64,000 nt of DNA from Vitreimonas sp. (GTDB lineage Bacteria > Pseudomonadota > Alphaproteobacteria > Caulobacterales > Aquidulcibacteraceae). The notes beneath the pieces are model-generated. The model searched no databases. It saw nothing but the letters and a program-made list of their open reading frames with translations, and had not been told where the DNA came from. The DNA lies in contig NZ_DASVYD010000045.1 of assembly GCF_036392335.1 (NCBI RefSeq), forward strand, positions 5,254 to 69,253. The letters are read 5' to 3'. The position numbers and the translations under genes were made by a program. Positions 37,909-47,423 of the stretch are shown piece after piece. Within the stretch, counting starts at the first letter, position 1; every line of letters starts with the position of its first letter.

Positions 37909-38643
37909 ATGCGCTTCAAGCTCACCATCGAATATGACGGCGGCCCGTTTCAGGGCTGGCAGCGTTTGGCTGACGGGCCGAGCGTGCAGGGCGCGCTTGA
38001 GGATGCGGTTGAGAGCCTGACGGGGACGCGCGCCGATGTGATCGGCGCGGGACGCACCGACGCTGGCGTGCATGCGTACGCGCAAGTGGCGCATGTCGAT
38101 ATCGAAAAGCCGTTTGAAGCAGGGCGCTTGGCGGATGCGCTGAATGCGCATCTTCGCCCGCATCCGATCGCGGTGCTTGAGGCGGAAGAAGCCGCGCCGG
38201 ATTTTCACGCGCGCTTCGATGCGAAGTTGCGCGCCTATCGCTATCGGGTGACGAACCGGCGCGCGCCGCTAACGTTTGAGTTGGGTCAAGCTTGGCGCGT
38301 GCCGAGGGCCCTCGACGTCGAAGCGATGCAGGCGGCGGCGGAGCGGCTGATCGGACGGCACGATTTCACCACCTTCCGCGACAGCCAATGCCAGGCGAAG
38401 TCGCCGCTGAAAACGCTCGACATCGCCGAGGTGACCCGCGACGGCGAAGAGGTCGATTTCTGGTTCGAAGCGCAGAGTTTCCTGCACCGGCAGGTGCGTT
38501 CGATGGTGGGGACGCTGGTCGAGGTCGGCGTTGGCAAGATGAGCGCCGACGATGTGGCGCGCGTCCTGGCCGCGGCCGACCGCGCGCTGTGCGGGCCGGT
38601 GGCGCCGCCGGACGGCTTGTATCTGGCGCGCGTCGATTACTGA
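37909..38643 (+). CDS. truA: tRNA pseudouridine(38-40) synthase
   Basis: [11 protein letters not shown] catalytic motif; 244 aa. Confidence 0.9.
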   Translation: MRFKLTIEYDGGPFQGWQRLADGPSVQGALEDAVESLTGTRADVIGAGRTDAGVHAYAQVAHVDIEKPFEAGRLADALNAHLRPHPIAVLEAEEAAPDFHARFDAKLRAYRYRVTNRRAPLTFELGQAWRVPRALDVEAMQAAAERLIGRHDFTTFRDSQCQAKSPLKTLDIAEVTRDGEEVDFWFEAQSFLHRQVRSMVGTLVEVGVGKMSADDVARVLAAADRALCGPVAPPDGLYLARVDY

Positions 38644-39026
38644 CGCTCGATCATGTCCCAACGATTGCCGTAGAGGTCTTCGAAGACAACGACCTTGCCA
38701 AATGCTTCCTGGCGTGGGGTTTCGATGAAGCGCACGCCGGCGCTGCGGTAGCGCGTGTAGGTCGCGTCGAAGTCCGAGACGTAGAGGAAAAGAAAAACAC
38801 GGCCGCCGGTTTGGTTGCCGATATAGGCCTGCTGGGTGTCGCTGCCGGCTTTGGCGAGTAGAAGGCGCGCGCCGCTCTCGGTCGATGGCGCCACAACGAC
38901 CCAGCGTTTGGTCGGGTTGAGCGCGGTGTCTTCGATCAGCGTAAAGCCCAGCGTCTGGGTGTAATACGCGATCGCCTCGTCGTAGTCGCGGACGAGCAGG
39001 CTGAGCATGCCAAGCGATGCGCTCAT
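38637..39026 (-). CDS. VOC (glyoxalase/bleomycin-resistance) family protein
   Basis: 129-aa VOC-like sequence. ATGA overlap with the dapE stop. Confidence 0.8.
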   Translation of the reverse strand: MSASLGMLSLLVRDYDEAIAYYTQTLGFTLIEDTALNPTKRWVVVAPSTESGARLLLAKAGSDTQQAYIGNQTGGRVFLFLYVSDFDATYTRYRSAGVRFIETPRQEAFGKVVVFEDLYGNRWDMIERQ

Positions 39027-40168
39027 GCGAAGTACCGGCGCAGCACCGCCTCATAGCAGCGCGCCAGCGTGCGTACGTCTTCGACCGCGCAATGCTCGTC
39101 GACCATGTGCGCCGTGGCGTTGCGCAGGCCGAGTTCGGCGACCTGCGCGTAATTGCGGATGTAGCGCGCGTCCGAGGTGCCGCCGGTGGTGGTGAGCGCG
39201 GGCGTAATGCCGAAGCTTTCGCGCACCGATTCAACCAACATCGACGTGAATGGGCCCGGATCGGTATAAAAGGGAACGCTTTGCGAGGCGATGGCGCACG
39301 CGGCGTTCGCGCCGAGGCGCGCGGCGGCGGCTTCCGCCGTCTGCTTAATCCAAGCAAACAAGGCATCGCCGGTATGATTGGTGTTGAAACGGATATTGAG
39401 CTTCGCGCTGGCGCGCTGCGGGATCACGTTGTGCGCGGCATTCCCCACATCGATGCTGGTGACTTCGAGGTTTGATGGATCAAACCCCGGCGCGCCTTCG
39501 TCCAGGCGACGCGCTTTGATCGCCGCCAAGGCTTCGACAAGCGCCGTCACCGGGTTCACCGCGCGTTGCGGGTAGGCGACGTGGCCTTGCTTGCCTTCCA
39601 TCGTGATCACAACATTGAGGCTGCCGCGCCGGCCGTTCTTGATCACATCGCCGACGCGCTCTTCGCTGGTGGGTTCGCCGACGAGGCAATGGTCGATTTT
39701 CTCGCCTTCCATGGCGAGCGCTTCGAGTACAGCCTTGGTGCCATCGACGGCGGGGCCTTCTTCATCACATGTGAGCAGGAATGAGATCGAACCTTTCGGC
39801 GCGCCGTTCTTGTTCAGATAATTCTCGGTGGCGGCGATCATGGCGGCGATCGCGGTTTTCATATCTGTGGCGCCGCGGCCATAGAGATTGCCGCCGCGAA
39901 TTTCCGCCGCGAACGGGTCGCTGGTCCAACCTTCGCCCGGCGGCACGACGTCGAGGTGGCCCGCGAAGCAGAAGTTCGGCTGCGTGTCGCCCAGGCGTGC
40001 ATAGAGGTTGTCGACCGCGCCAAATTTCATGCGGCGCGTGCGAAAGCCAAGCTTCGCCAGCGCCTGTTCGGCCACATCCATCGCGCCCGCCTCGATCGGC
40101 GTCACGGAGGCGCAGCGCATTAGTGCTTGGGCGAGCGGGATCGGGTCGGTAAGAGTGTGGGCGTCCAT
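39023..40168 (-). CDS. dapE: succinyl-diaminopimelate desuccinylase
   Basis: M20 DapE-like (FAGHLDVVPPG, GRGATDMK, CDEEG). Start taken at MDAHTLTDPI. Confidence 0.9.
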   Translation of the reverse strand: MDAHTLTDPIPLAQALMRCASVTPIEAGAMDVAEQALAKLGFRTRRMKFGAVDNLYARLGDTQPNFCFAGHLDVVPPGEGWTSDPFAAEIRGGNLYGRGATDMKTAIAAMIAATENYLNKNGAPKGSISFLLTCDEEGPAVDGTKAVLEALAMEGEKIDHCLVGEPTSEERVGDVIKNGRRGSLNVVITMEGKQGHVAYPQRAVNPVTALVEALAAIKARRLDEGAPGFDPSNLEVTSIDVGNAAHNVIPQRASAKLNIRFNTNHTGDALFAWIKQTAEAAAARLGANAACAIASQSVPFYTDPGPFTSMLVESVRESFGITPALTTTGGTSDARYIRNYAQVAELGLRNATAHMVDEHCAVEDVRTLARCYEAVLRRYFA

Positions 40169-40226
40169 GGTGTCTCGATCTAGCCGCGCGCGGGGCGGGG
40201 CAAAAGAGGCAAAAGCGGGGAAGAGC

Positions 40227-41441
40227 ATGAGCGATATCGCGCCCGTCCAAGAGCAGAGCCGCATCAAGAGCCTTGATGTCATGCGCGGCTTCGCCGTGCT
40301 GGGCATCCTGATCGTCAACGCCGCCTATTTCGCGGCGCCCTGGCAGACCGGGCTCAATCCATCGCTGCCGCCGCTGGCGGTGACGGAGGAGACCCTCTGG
40401 TCCTGGTTCGTCATGCACGTGTTCTTCGAGTTCAAGTGCATTACGCTGTTCTCGCTTCTGTTCGGGGTGAGCATCTATCTGGTTGGCGGCGAGCGTGAAG
40501 ATAAGGCGCGCGGCGCGCTGTTGCGCTCACGTTTGTTCTGGTTGCTGATCTTTGGCCTCGTCCACGCGACGCTGATCTGGAACGGCGACATTCTGTTCAC
40601 CTACGCGCTCACGGGGTTCCTGGTCATGCTCGCCCGGTCCTGGACGCCGCGGACGCTCCTCATTGTGGGCGTTCTCTTGCTGCTGATCTCGATCGGACTG
40701 CAGAGCATGTTCGCGCTGTTCATCGATTTCATTCCGCCGCCCAAGCTCGCCGAGATCGAGGCGCAGATCTACACGCCGTCGCCGGAAAGCGTGCAGGCGA
40801 CCATCGCGGCGTATCAGGGCGGTCTGATCAGCGCGACGCTTGAGAATGTCTCGACATGGGTGGAATTTCTGGCGAATTCGCTCGTCGTGCTGATCATTCG
40901 CACGGCGGGCGTGATGATGATCGGCTTGGCGCTCTACAAGTTGGGCTTTCTTTCGGGCAACGCACCCGCCTGGGCGTACGGGCTGTTCGTCGCGCTCGGC
41001 GCGGCCGCGCTGGGCGTGATTGGCTACCAAGCATGGCTGAATGCGCAGGGCGGGTTTGCGTTCCGTCATATGATGGCCGGCGGCGGCTTCGCCAACGCCG
41101 CGCTCTCCATCCTGGCATCCTTGGGGTACGCGAGCGTGCTCATCCTGTTGGTAAGGGCGGGGGCGCGGGTCCTGACGGAGCCGCTGGCCGCTGTCGGGCG
41201 GATGGCTTTCACGAATTATCTGACGCAATCGCTGATCATGACGACGATCTTCTGGGGCGGGCGCGGCTTCGGGCTCTATGGCGAAGTGGATCGGCCGACC
41301 TTGATGGCTATTGTCGTCGCGGTGTGGGTGCTGCAATTGATCTGGTCGCCGCTGTGGCTGGCGCGGTTTCAGATGGGGCCGCTTGAATGGGTTTGGCGCA
41401 GGCTTTCCTATGGGCGGCCCGTGGCCATGGCGAAAGCATAA
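40227..41441 (+). CDS. DUF418/YeiB-like membrane protein
   Basis: RIKSLDVMRGFAVLGILIVN N-terminus and GPLEWVWRRLSYG C-terminus. Confidence 0.75.
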   Translation: MSDIAPVQEQSRIKSLDVMRGFAVLGILIVNAAYFAAPWQTGLNPSLPPLAVTEETLWSWFVMHVFFEFKCITLFSLLFGVSIYLVGGEREDKARGALLRSRLFWLLIFGLVHATLIWNGDILFTYALTGFLVMLARSWTPRTLLIVGVLLLLISIGLQSMFALFIDFIPPPKLAEIEAQIYTPSPESVQATIAAYQGGLISATLENVSTWVEFLANSLVVLIIRTAGVMMIGLALYKLGFLSGNAPAWAYGLFVALGAAALGVIGYQAWLNAQGGFAFRHMMAGGGFANAALSILASLGYASVLILLVRAGARVLTEPLAAVGRMAFTNYLTQSLIMTTIFWGGRGFGLYGEVDRPTLMAIVVAVWVLQLIWSPLWLARFQMGPLEWVWRRLSYGRPVAMAKA

Positions 41442-41457
41442 CAGGGAAGGAAATTGG

Positions 41458-41829
41458 ATGAAGAAATTTGCAGCGATGGTTGCGTTCGGGGTGGCGCTCT
41501 CAACGGGCGCCGCGTTCGCGGACACGATGGCGAACGCCTATGAGAATACAATTGTCGTGACCTACGCGAACGGCGTCCAATCGCGGTATCATTTCAATGC
41601 GGACAACACCTTCGGCGTTCACACGCCGGACGGCGCTCATGTGCACGGCACTTACGAATTGGCCGATGGCCAATTGTGCCTGACGCCGGCGGGCGGTGAG
41701 CGTGGCTGCACGCCTTATGTCGGCGACAAGAATGTCGGCGACACCTGGACGCAGACCGCGACGGACGGTTCGACCATCAACGTCACATTGGAGGCCGGCC
41801 GCGGCGGCGGGCACAGCCACGGCCACTAA
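41458..41829 (+). CDS. small secreted protein with a His-rich C-terminus
   Basis: Signal peptide ...GAAFA|DT; ends GGGHSHGH. GGAAGGAAA SD. Confidence 0.6.
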   Translation: MKKFAAMVAFGVALSTGAAFADTMANAYENTIVVTYANGVQSRYHFNADNTFGVHTPDGAHVHGTYELADGQLCLTPAGGERGCTPYVGDKNVGDTWTQTATDGSTINVTLEAGRGGGHSHGH

Positions 41830-41866
41830 GCCGCAGGCGAGCTTGATCTGGATCATGGATTGAGGG

Positions 41867-41905
41867 CGCTCCTTTGGGCCTGCTTGGGCCTGAAGGAGCG
41901 TTTTT
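41867..41905 (+). terminator. hairpin plus T5 whose 3' arm is the SD of the next gene
   Basis: CGCTCCTT-18 nt-AAGGAGCG-TTTTT. The ATG of the CMD gene is at 41907. Confidence 0.45.
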
Positions 41906-41906
41906 C

Positions 41907-42263
41907 ATGCACAAGAACTGGCCGGAAATGGCCGACACGCTGAACCCCTTGGTGTCGGCCCTCCGGCAAAGCCATCCGGACGTGATGCGTGCGTTCTCAC
42001 AGATGGCGCAGTCGGCGACCAAGACTGGCGCCTTGGACGCCAAGACCAAGGAGTTGATCGCGTTCGCCGTGTCGGTGGCGGCGCGTTGCGATGCTTGCAT
42101 CGCCTTTCACGCCAAGGCCGCGCAAAAATATGGCGCAACGCGCGAAGAGGTCGCCGAGGCGCTCGGCATGGCGGTTTATATGGGCGCGGGGCCGAGCGTG
42201 ATGTACGCGGCGCAAGCGCTGGAGGCGTTCGACCAATACGTGGCGCGAGCCGCCGAAAGCTAG
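41907..42263 (+). CDS. carboxymuconolactone decarboxylase (AhpD-like) family protein
   Basis: [26 protein letters not shown] (CxxC) motif. Confidence 0.8.
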   Translation: MHKNWPEMADTLNPLVSALRQSHPDVMRAFSQMAQSATKTGALDAKTKELIAFAVSVAARCDACIAFHAKAAQKYGATREEVAEALGMAVYMGAGPSVMYAAQALEAFDQYVARAAES

Positions 42264-43105
42264 TCGCGCAGCAATTCGTTCACGCCGGTCTTCGCGCGGG
42301 TTTGCGCATCGACGCGCTTCACGATGACAACGCAGGCGAGCGAGGGACCGCCCTTCGGGTCGGGCAGCGAGCCTGGCACGACAACGGCGTAAGGCGGGAC
42401 TTCACCGCGCGTGATTTCGCCGGTCGCGCGGTCGACGATCTTGGTGCTCTGGCTGATGAACGTGCCCATGGCCAACACCGCGCCTTCGCGCACGATCACG
42501 CCTTCGGCCACTTCCGAGCGCGCCCCAATGAAGCAGCCGTCTTCGATGATGGTGGGGTTGGCTTGCAGCGGCTCGAGCACGCCGCCAATGCCGGCGCCGC
42601 CGGAAAGATGCACGTTCTTGCCGATTTGCGCGCAGGAGCCGACCGTGGCCCACGTATCGACCATCGTGCCTTCATCGACATAGGCGCCGATATTCACGAA
42701 GCTTGGCATCAGCACGACGTTCTTGCCAATGAAGCTGCCCCGACGCGCCACCGCGCCAGGCACCGCGCGGAAGCCGGCCTTCTCGAATGAAGTGGCGCCC
42801 CAGCCGAGGAATTTGGAATGCACCTTGTCCCAGTAGGGGCCGGGCGACGGATCGCCATTGCCGCCAACGGCGCCAATCAATTGGTTGGCGGTTGTGCGGA
42901 AGGAGAGCAGCACGGCCTTCTTGAGCCATTGGTGCGTCGTCCATACGCCATCGGCGCCACGCTCGGCGACGCGTGCCTGGCCGGAATCCAAAAGGTCGAG
43001 CGCGGCCTCTATCGCTTCGACGTCAGCGCCTTTGCTGGCCGGCGTGAGTTCGGTGCGCCGCTCCCAGGCGGTTTCGATGGCGGTAGATAGATCGGAATTG
43101 CTCAT
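42260..43105 (-). CDS. dapD: 2,3,4,5-tetrahydropyridine-2,6-dicarboxylate N-succinyltransferase
   Basis: Hexapeptide-repeat LbH domain. 281 aa with a DapD-like N-terminus. Confidence 0.9.
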   Translation of the reverse strand: MSNSDLSTAIETAWERRTELTPASKGADVEAIEAALDLLDSGQARVAERGADGVWTTHQWLKKAVLLSFRTTANQLIGAVGGNGDPSPGPYWDKVHSKFLGWGATSFEKAGFRAVPGAVARRGSFIGKNVVLMPSFVNIGAYVDEGTMVDTWATVGSCAQIGKNVHLSGGAGIGGVLEPLQANPTIIEDGCFIGARSEVAEGVIVREGAVLAMGTFISQSTKIVDRATGEITRGEVPPYAVVVPGSLPDPKGGPSLACVVIVKRVDAQTRAKTGVNELLRD

Positions 43106-43193
43106 GGGGCCGAGTTAGCCGCCGCCTGACGTTGTGGCAAGGATCGACAGAGCCGCGCGCCGGTTCGATAGTGCCGCCACAGGGAGCCAAACA

Positions 43194-43979
43194 ATGAGTG
43201 CATTCAAGGACGGCCTGCTGAACGGCAAAGTGGCGTTCGTCGCGGGCGGCACCAGCGGCATTAATCTGGGCATCGCCACACGCATGGCCGAGCTTGGCGC
43301 GAAAGTCGCGGTGGCGGGGCGCGATCCGGAGAAGGCGCAGCGTGCGGCCGCAGGAATCGGGCGTGGCGCGGTCGGCTACTCGACTGACGTGCGTGATTAC
43401 GCGGCGACGCGCGCGGTGATGGAGCAGATCGTCAACGCTTGGGGGCCGATGGATATCGTCGTCTCGGGCGCTGCAGGGAATTTCCTATCGCCTGCCGCCG
43501 GCTTGTCGGCGAACGGGTTCAAGACGGTGGTCGACATCGACCTTCTCGGAACCTTCAACGTGTTTCGCGGCTGCTACGATCTCATCCAGAAGCCGGGCGC
43601 ATCGCTGATCGCGATCACGGCGGGCCAAGCGGTCAATCCGATGATGATGCAGATACATGCCTGTGCGGCGAAGGCGGGCATCAATCAGGTCATTCGCGTC
43701 ATGGCGATGGAATGGGGGCCGGAGGGCGTGCGCGTGAACGGCATTTCGCCGGGGCCGATCGCTGGCACCGAGGGCATGGCCCGCTTGGCGCCAAATCCGG
43801 AAGTCACGAAGGCGTTGACCGGGCGCATTCCGCTGCGCCGCTTCGGCGAGATCAGCGAGATCGCGGAGAGCGCGGTGTTCCTGTGCTCGGAATCCGCCGC
43901 CTACATCACCGGTACGATTTTGGATTGCGAAGGCGGCTCGCAATTGGGCGACGCGCGCAGCCCGTTCGAGCGGAGTTAA
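43194..43979 (+). CDS. SDR family oxidoreductase (2,4-dienoyl-CoA reductase-like)
   Basis: GGTSGINLG cofactor motif. Start taken at MSAFKDGLL. Confidence 0.85.
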   Translation: MSAFKDGLLNGKVAFVAGGTSGINLGIATRMAELGAKVAVAGRDPEKAQRAAAGIGRGAVGYSTDVRDYAATRAVMEQIVNAWGPMDIVVSGAAGNFLSPAAGLSANGFKTVVDIDLLGTFNVFRGCYDLIQKPGASLIAITAGQAVNPMMMQIHACAAKAGINQVIRVMAMEWGPEGVRVNGISPGPIAGTEGMARLAPNPEVTKALTGRIPLRRFGEISEIAESAVFLCSESAAYITGTILDCEGGSQLGDARSPFERS

Positions 43980-44623
43980 ACGCCGAGCCAGCCACGCAGC
44001 AGCGTGTGCACGTCGTGCGCATAGTGCTGCACGTATGTGGGGCGCGGGTCGGGATGCACGGGGCCGACGAGGGCGGTGGCGAAGCCCAAGTCGTGCGCGG
44101 GTTCGAGATTGCGCAAGGTGTCTTCCACCAAGATCGCGCGCGCGGGATCGATATCGTAGGCGTGGCAGAGGCGCGTGTAGGATTCGCGCTGCGGTTTGGG
44201 GGCGTAGCCGGCGTCGCCCAGATCGAACACGCAGTCGAAATGCGCGTCGAGACCGAGCGCCTTCAGCGTGCGCTCCGCGTGGCCGCCGCCGCCATTGGTG
44301 AAGATGATTCTGCGGCCGGGCAGTCTGCCGATCAGCGCCGCGAGATCGTGATCTTCGCCGAGCACGGAATAGTCCACGTCGTGCACGTCGAGCATGAAAT
44401 CATCGGGATCGATGCCGTGGTGGCGGCTGAGGCCGACGACGGTTGCGCCATATTCATGGAAATAATGCTCGCGCAGTTCGAGCGCGCGGACATCATCGAC
44501 CTGCGCGTGTCGCGCGATGTAAGCGGTCATGCGTTCGCCGATCGCGTCGTAAAGCGTTGGCGCTGGGTAGAGTGTGTTATCGAGATCGAACACCCAGTCG
44601 CGAATACCCGCGAGCGGCATCAA
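43976..44623 (-). CDS. HAD-family pyrimidine 5'-nucleotidase
   Basis: DLDNTLY motif I; 215 aa. Confidence 0.8.
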   Translation of the reverse strand: MMPLAGIRDWVFDLDNTLYPAPTLYDAIGERMTAYIARHAQVDDVRALELREHYFHEYGATVVGLSRHHGIDPDDFMLDVHDVDYSVLGEDHDLAALIGRLPGRRIIFTNGGGGHAERTLKALGLDAHFDCVFDLGDAGYAPKPQRESYTRLCHAYDIDPARAILVEDTLRNLEPAHDLGFATALVGPVHPDPRPTYVQHYAHDVHTLLRGWLGV

Positions 44624-45804
44624 TCACCCGATCCGCGATCTTGCGTGGGCGCGCCGGCGGCCGAGGGCGGCGCCAGGCCGCGGCGCGGCGCTTCGCGCAC
44701 AGGCGCTTCGGCGCCATCTGGCGCGACGGCGGCCATGCGGGGACGCACGCCGGCTTCCAGGAAGTCGCGCTCCTCGAACTCGACGACGAGGCCTTCACGG
44801 CCGCGGGCGTTGATCGCGGAGAAGGGCTCGGTGGCGTAATAACGGGCTTCGCAATCGCCGCGGCCAAGAATGGCGAAGCGCGAAGGGCTGGTGCAGAACG
44901 GCTCGCCGGCGGCGAGGTAGCGCGGGCCTTCGGGCGTATCCATCGCGGCGTACACGAAATAGCGTTCTTGGATCAGCACCTCGTCGATCACCCGCACGCA
45001 GGTGTCGGCGTTCAGCGGCCACCAGCCGCGGCTTTCCCAACCTTCGCCGCGCCGACGGCCCACCGCCGTCCACACGCGCGCGTTCGTACGATTGCAGAGC
45101 GTCAGACCAACTTGGCCGGCGCGGCGGCGCGCCGCGGTTTCAAGCGCGTCGATCAACTGATCTTCGCTGGCGTTCGGCGAAAGCCGCGCGACCGAGCGGA
45201 ATTGCGCGATGGCTTGGGCGATGGCGCGCGGATCGACGCCGCGACGGCCTTCCGGCACGTTGTAGCCCGCGTCATCCAACAGCCGCTGCAGGCCGCGCTG
45301 GCGAGCGCGGGCGAGCGTGTATTGCTGCGCCTCGGAGAAGGACGTGCGCCAAGTGTCGCGCTTGTTGATCTGCACGCGGCGGAAGCGCCGCTCCTCCAGG
45401 CCTTGCGGCGCGCACGAGGGTGGATTCTCGATCGAAAATGAGCTGCCGGGATCGACGCAGAGGATGCCGTCGCCGGCCCATTGGCGTCGCCCGCCTCGGT
45501 GTGCGGAGGAGGTGCGGGCGTAGAGATAATGGGTGCCGCGCGCCAGCGGCGCTGCGATCGCGGTGCGGCACTCGCCCGGGCGAAGGCGCGTCCAGCCTTG
45601 CACGATGATGGAGCGGTTGTCGGGGCGGCCCGTGGCGGCTTCGAGCACGAAGCTGGTCTCGTTGCAGATTTGCCAGCCATTGGCGCGTTCGCGCTGTTGC
45701 GCGTCGGCGCGATGCGCGAACACAATAATCGCCGCAAGCGCGGCGCAAACAGACGCGGCGAATCCGCCGAGCCTAATCAGCCTTGATGAGCGTGCCTGCG
45801 CCAT
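44620..45804 (-). CDS. secreted protein with two DUF1036-like halves and a central peptidoglycan-binding-like segment
   Basis: The [IL]CN.T...GW...C pattern occurs twice (WQICNETSF..., LTLCNRTNA...). The central [12 protein letters not shown] resembles PG_binding_1. Confidence 0.7.
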   Translation of the reverse strand: MAQARSSRLIRLGGFAASVCAALAAIIVFAHRADAQQRERANGWQICNETSFVLEAATGRPDNRSIIVQGWTRLRPGECRTAIAAPLARGTHYLYARTSSAHRGGRRQWAGDGILCVDPGSSFSIENPPSCAPQGLEERRFRRVQINKRDTWRTSFSEAQQYTLARARQRGLQRLLDDAGYNVPEGRRGVDPRAIAQAIAQFRSVARLSPNASEDQLIDALETAARRRAGQVGLTLCNRTNARVWTAVGRRRGEGWESRGWWPLNADTCVRVIDEVLIQERYFVYAAMDTPEGPRYLAAGEPFCTSPSRFAILGRGDCEARYYATEPFSAINARGREGLVVEFEERDFLEAGVRPRMAAVAPDGAEAPVREAPRRGLAPPSAAGAPTQDRGSGD

Positions 45805-46708
45805 AATCGGTGAACAATTCCATGAGCAGGACGTGCGGGGTGCGCCCGTCGAGGATGACAGCTGCTTCGACGCCGTGATCGACGGCGGCGATGCAGGTTT
45901 CGAGTTTCGGAATCATGCCGCCGGTGGCGACGCCATCCTTGATGGCGTTGCGCGCGTCGGCGGCGGACATGTCGCGGATCAGTTCGCCGTCCTTGTTCAG
46001 CACGCCGGCGACATCGGACAGCAACAGGAAGCGCTTGGCGCTCAGCGCCTTGGCGATGGCGCCGGCGGCGGTGTCGGCATTGATGTTGTAAGTGCGGCCG
46101 TCCTCGGCCACGCCGATAGGCGCGATCACCGGGATATAATCTTCTGGCGCATTAATGAGCGCTTGGATGAGGGTGGGATCGACTTCCGTCGGCTCACCGA
46201 CGAATCCCAGATCGATCGCTTGCTCGATCATGCTGTCTGGGTCCTTGCGCGTGCGCACGACCTTTTCGCAGGTGATGATCCGCGCGTCTTTGCCGGAGAG
46301 ACCGACGCCGCGCACGTCCGCTTCGCGCCCCTCGGAGGTGATGAGGTGCGCGAGTTCCTTGTTGACGCTGCCGGACAGCACCATCTCCGCCACTTCCATC
46401 GTGTCGGAATCGGTTACGCGCAAACCATCCACGAACTCGGATTTCACTCCCGCCTTTTGCAGCATGCGGCTGATCTGCGGACCGCCGCCGTGCACCACGA
46501 CCGGGTGCATGCCCACGAGCTTCAAAAGAACGATGTCTGCGGCGAATTTGCGGGCGGTTTCGGTATCGCCCATGGCGTGGCCGCCATATTTCACAACAAT
46601 CGTCTCGCGATCGTAGATCTGAATATACGGCAAGGCCTCAGCGAGCGTCTTCGCTGAGGCGAGGCTTTCGGCGAGCCGGGCGGCGTGGTCGGCGGCGGTC
46701 TTATTCAC
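45773..46708 (-). CDS. argB: acetylglutamate kinase
   Basis: [10 protein letters not shown] and [10 protein letters not shown] motifs. GTG start at 46708 with AGGAA upstream. Confidence 0.9.
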   Translation of the reverse strand: MNKTAADHAARLAESLASAKTLAEALPYIQIYDRETIVVKYGGHAMGDTETARKFAADIVLLKLVGMHPVVVHGGGPQISRMLQKAGVKSEFVDGLRVTDSDTMEVAEMVLSGSVNKELAHLITSEGREADVRGVGLSGKDARIITCEKVVRTRKDPDSMIEQAIDLGFVGEPTEVDPTLIQALINAPEDYIPVIAPIGVAEDGRTYNINADTAAGAIAKALSAKRFLLLSDVAGVLNKDGELIRDMSAADARNAIKDGVATGGMIPKLETCIAAVDHGVEAAVILDGRTPHVLLMELFTDYGAGTLIKAD

Positions 46709-46736
46709 GAATGCGGTTCCTAAGGGGTTCGCAGGA

Positions 46737-47384
46737 TCACGCCAAGGCCGCGATTTCAGCGCGGAGAATATCGATGCCTTGGCCCGTCTCGGAAGAGGTT
46801 GCGATAATTTCAGGATGCGCCGCTGGGCGCTTGATGATGGCGGCGCGCACGCTCTCAAGCGTCTCGGCCAGTTCGGTCGGTTTGATCTTGTCGGCCTTGG
46901 TCAGCACGATTTGATAAATCACGGCGGCGGTATCGAGCGCATCCATGACTTCTTTGTCATGTGGCTTGAGTCCGTGCCGCGCGTCGATCAGCAGGATCAC
47001 GCGATGGAGGGTCGGGCGTCCGCGCAAATAATCGCGGATCAGCGCGGTCCAGCGGTCGATCTCGGACTTGCCCGCCTTGGCGTAGCCGTAGCCGGGCATA
47101 TCGACGAGCCGCAGGCGATCGCCCACGCGGAAGAAATTGAGCTCGCGCGTGCGCCCAGGTTCAGTCGAGGCGCGCGCGAGTTTGTTGCGGCCGGTGATGG
47201 CGTTGATCAGCGACGATTTGCCGACGTTCGAGCGTCCAGCGAACGCCACCTCCGGCAGCGTCGCGTCGGGCAGGTGCTGCATGCTCGGCACGCCGCGCTC
47301 AAAATCGACCGGGCCGGCGAAAAGGAGGCGGCCCCTCTCGATCCATTCAGCGTGCTCCTCGGCGTCCATCTTCTCTCCCGTCAT
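46737..47384 (-). CDS. yihA: ribosome biogenesis GTP-binding protein YihA/EngB
   Basis: G1 motif GRSNVGKSS and G4 motif TKADK. Confidence 0.9.
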   Translation of the reverse strand: MTGEKMDAEEHAEWIERGRLLFAGPVDFERGVPSMQHLPDATLPEVAFAGRSNVGKSSLINAITGRNKLARASTEPGRTRELNFFRVGDRLRLVDMPGYGYAKAGKSEIDRWTALIRDYLRGRPTLHRVILLIDARHGLKPHDKEVMDALDTAAVIYQIVLTKADKIKPTELAETLESVRAAIIKRPAAHPEIIATSSETGQGIDILRAEIAALA

Positions 47385-47423
47385 CCCGGCCGACCGGAGA
47401 GAGAGCCGGGACCCAGAGCTAAG

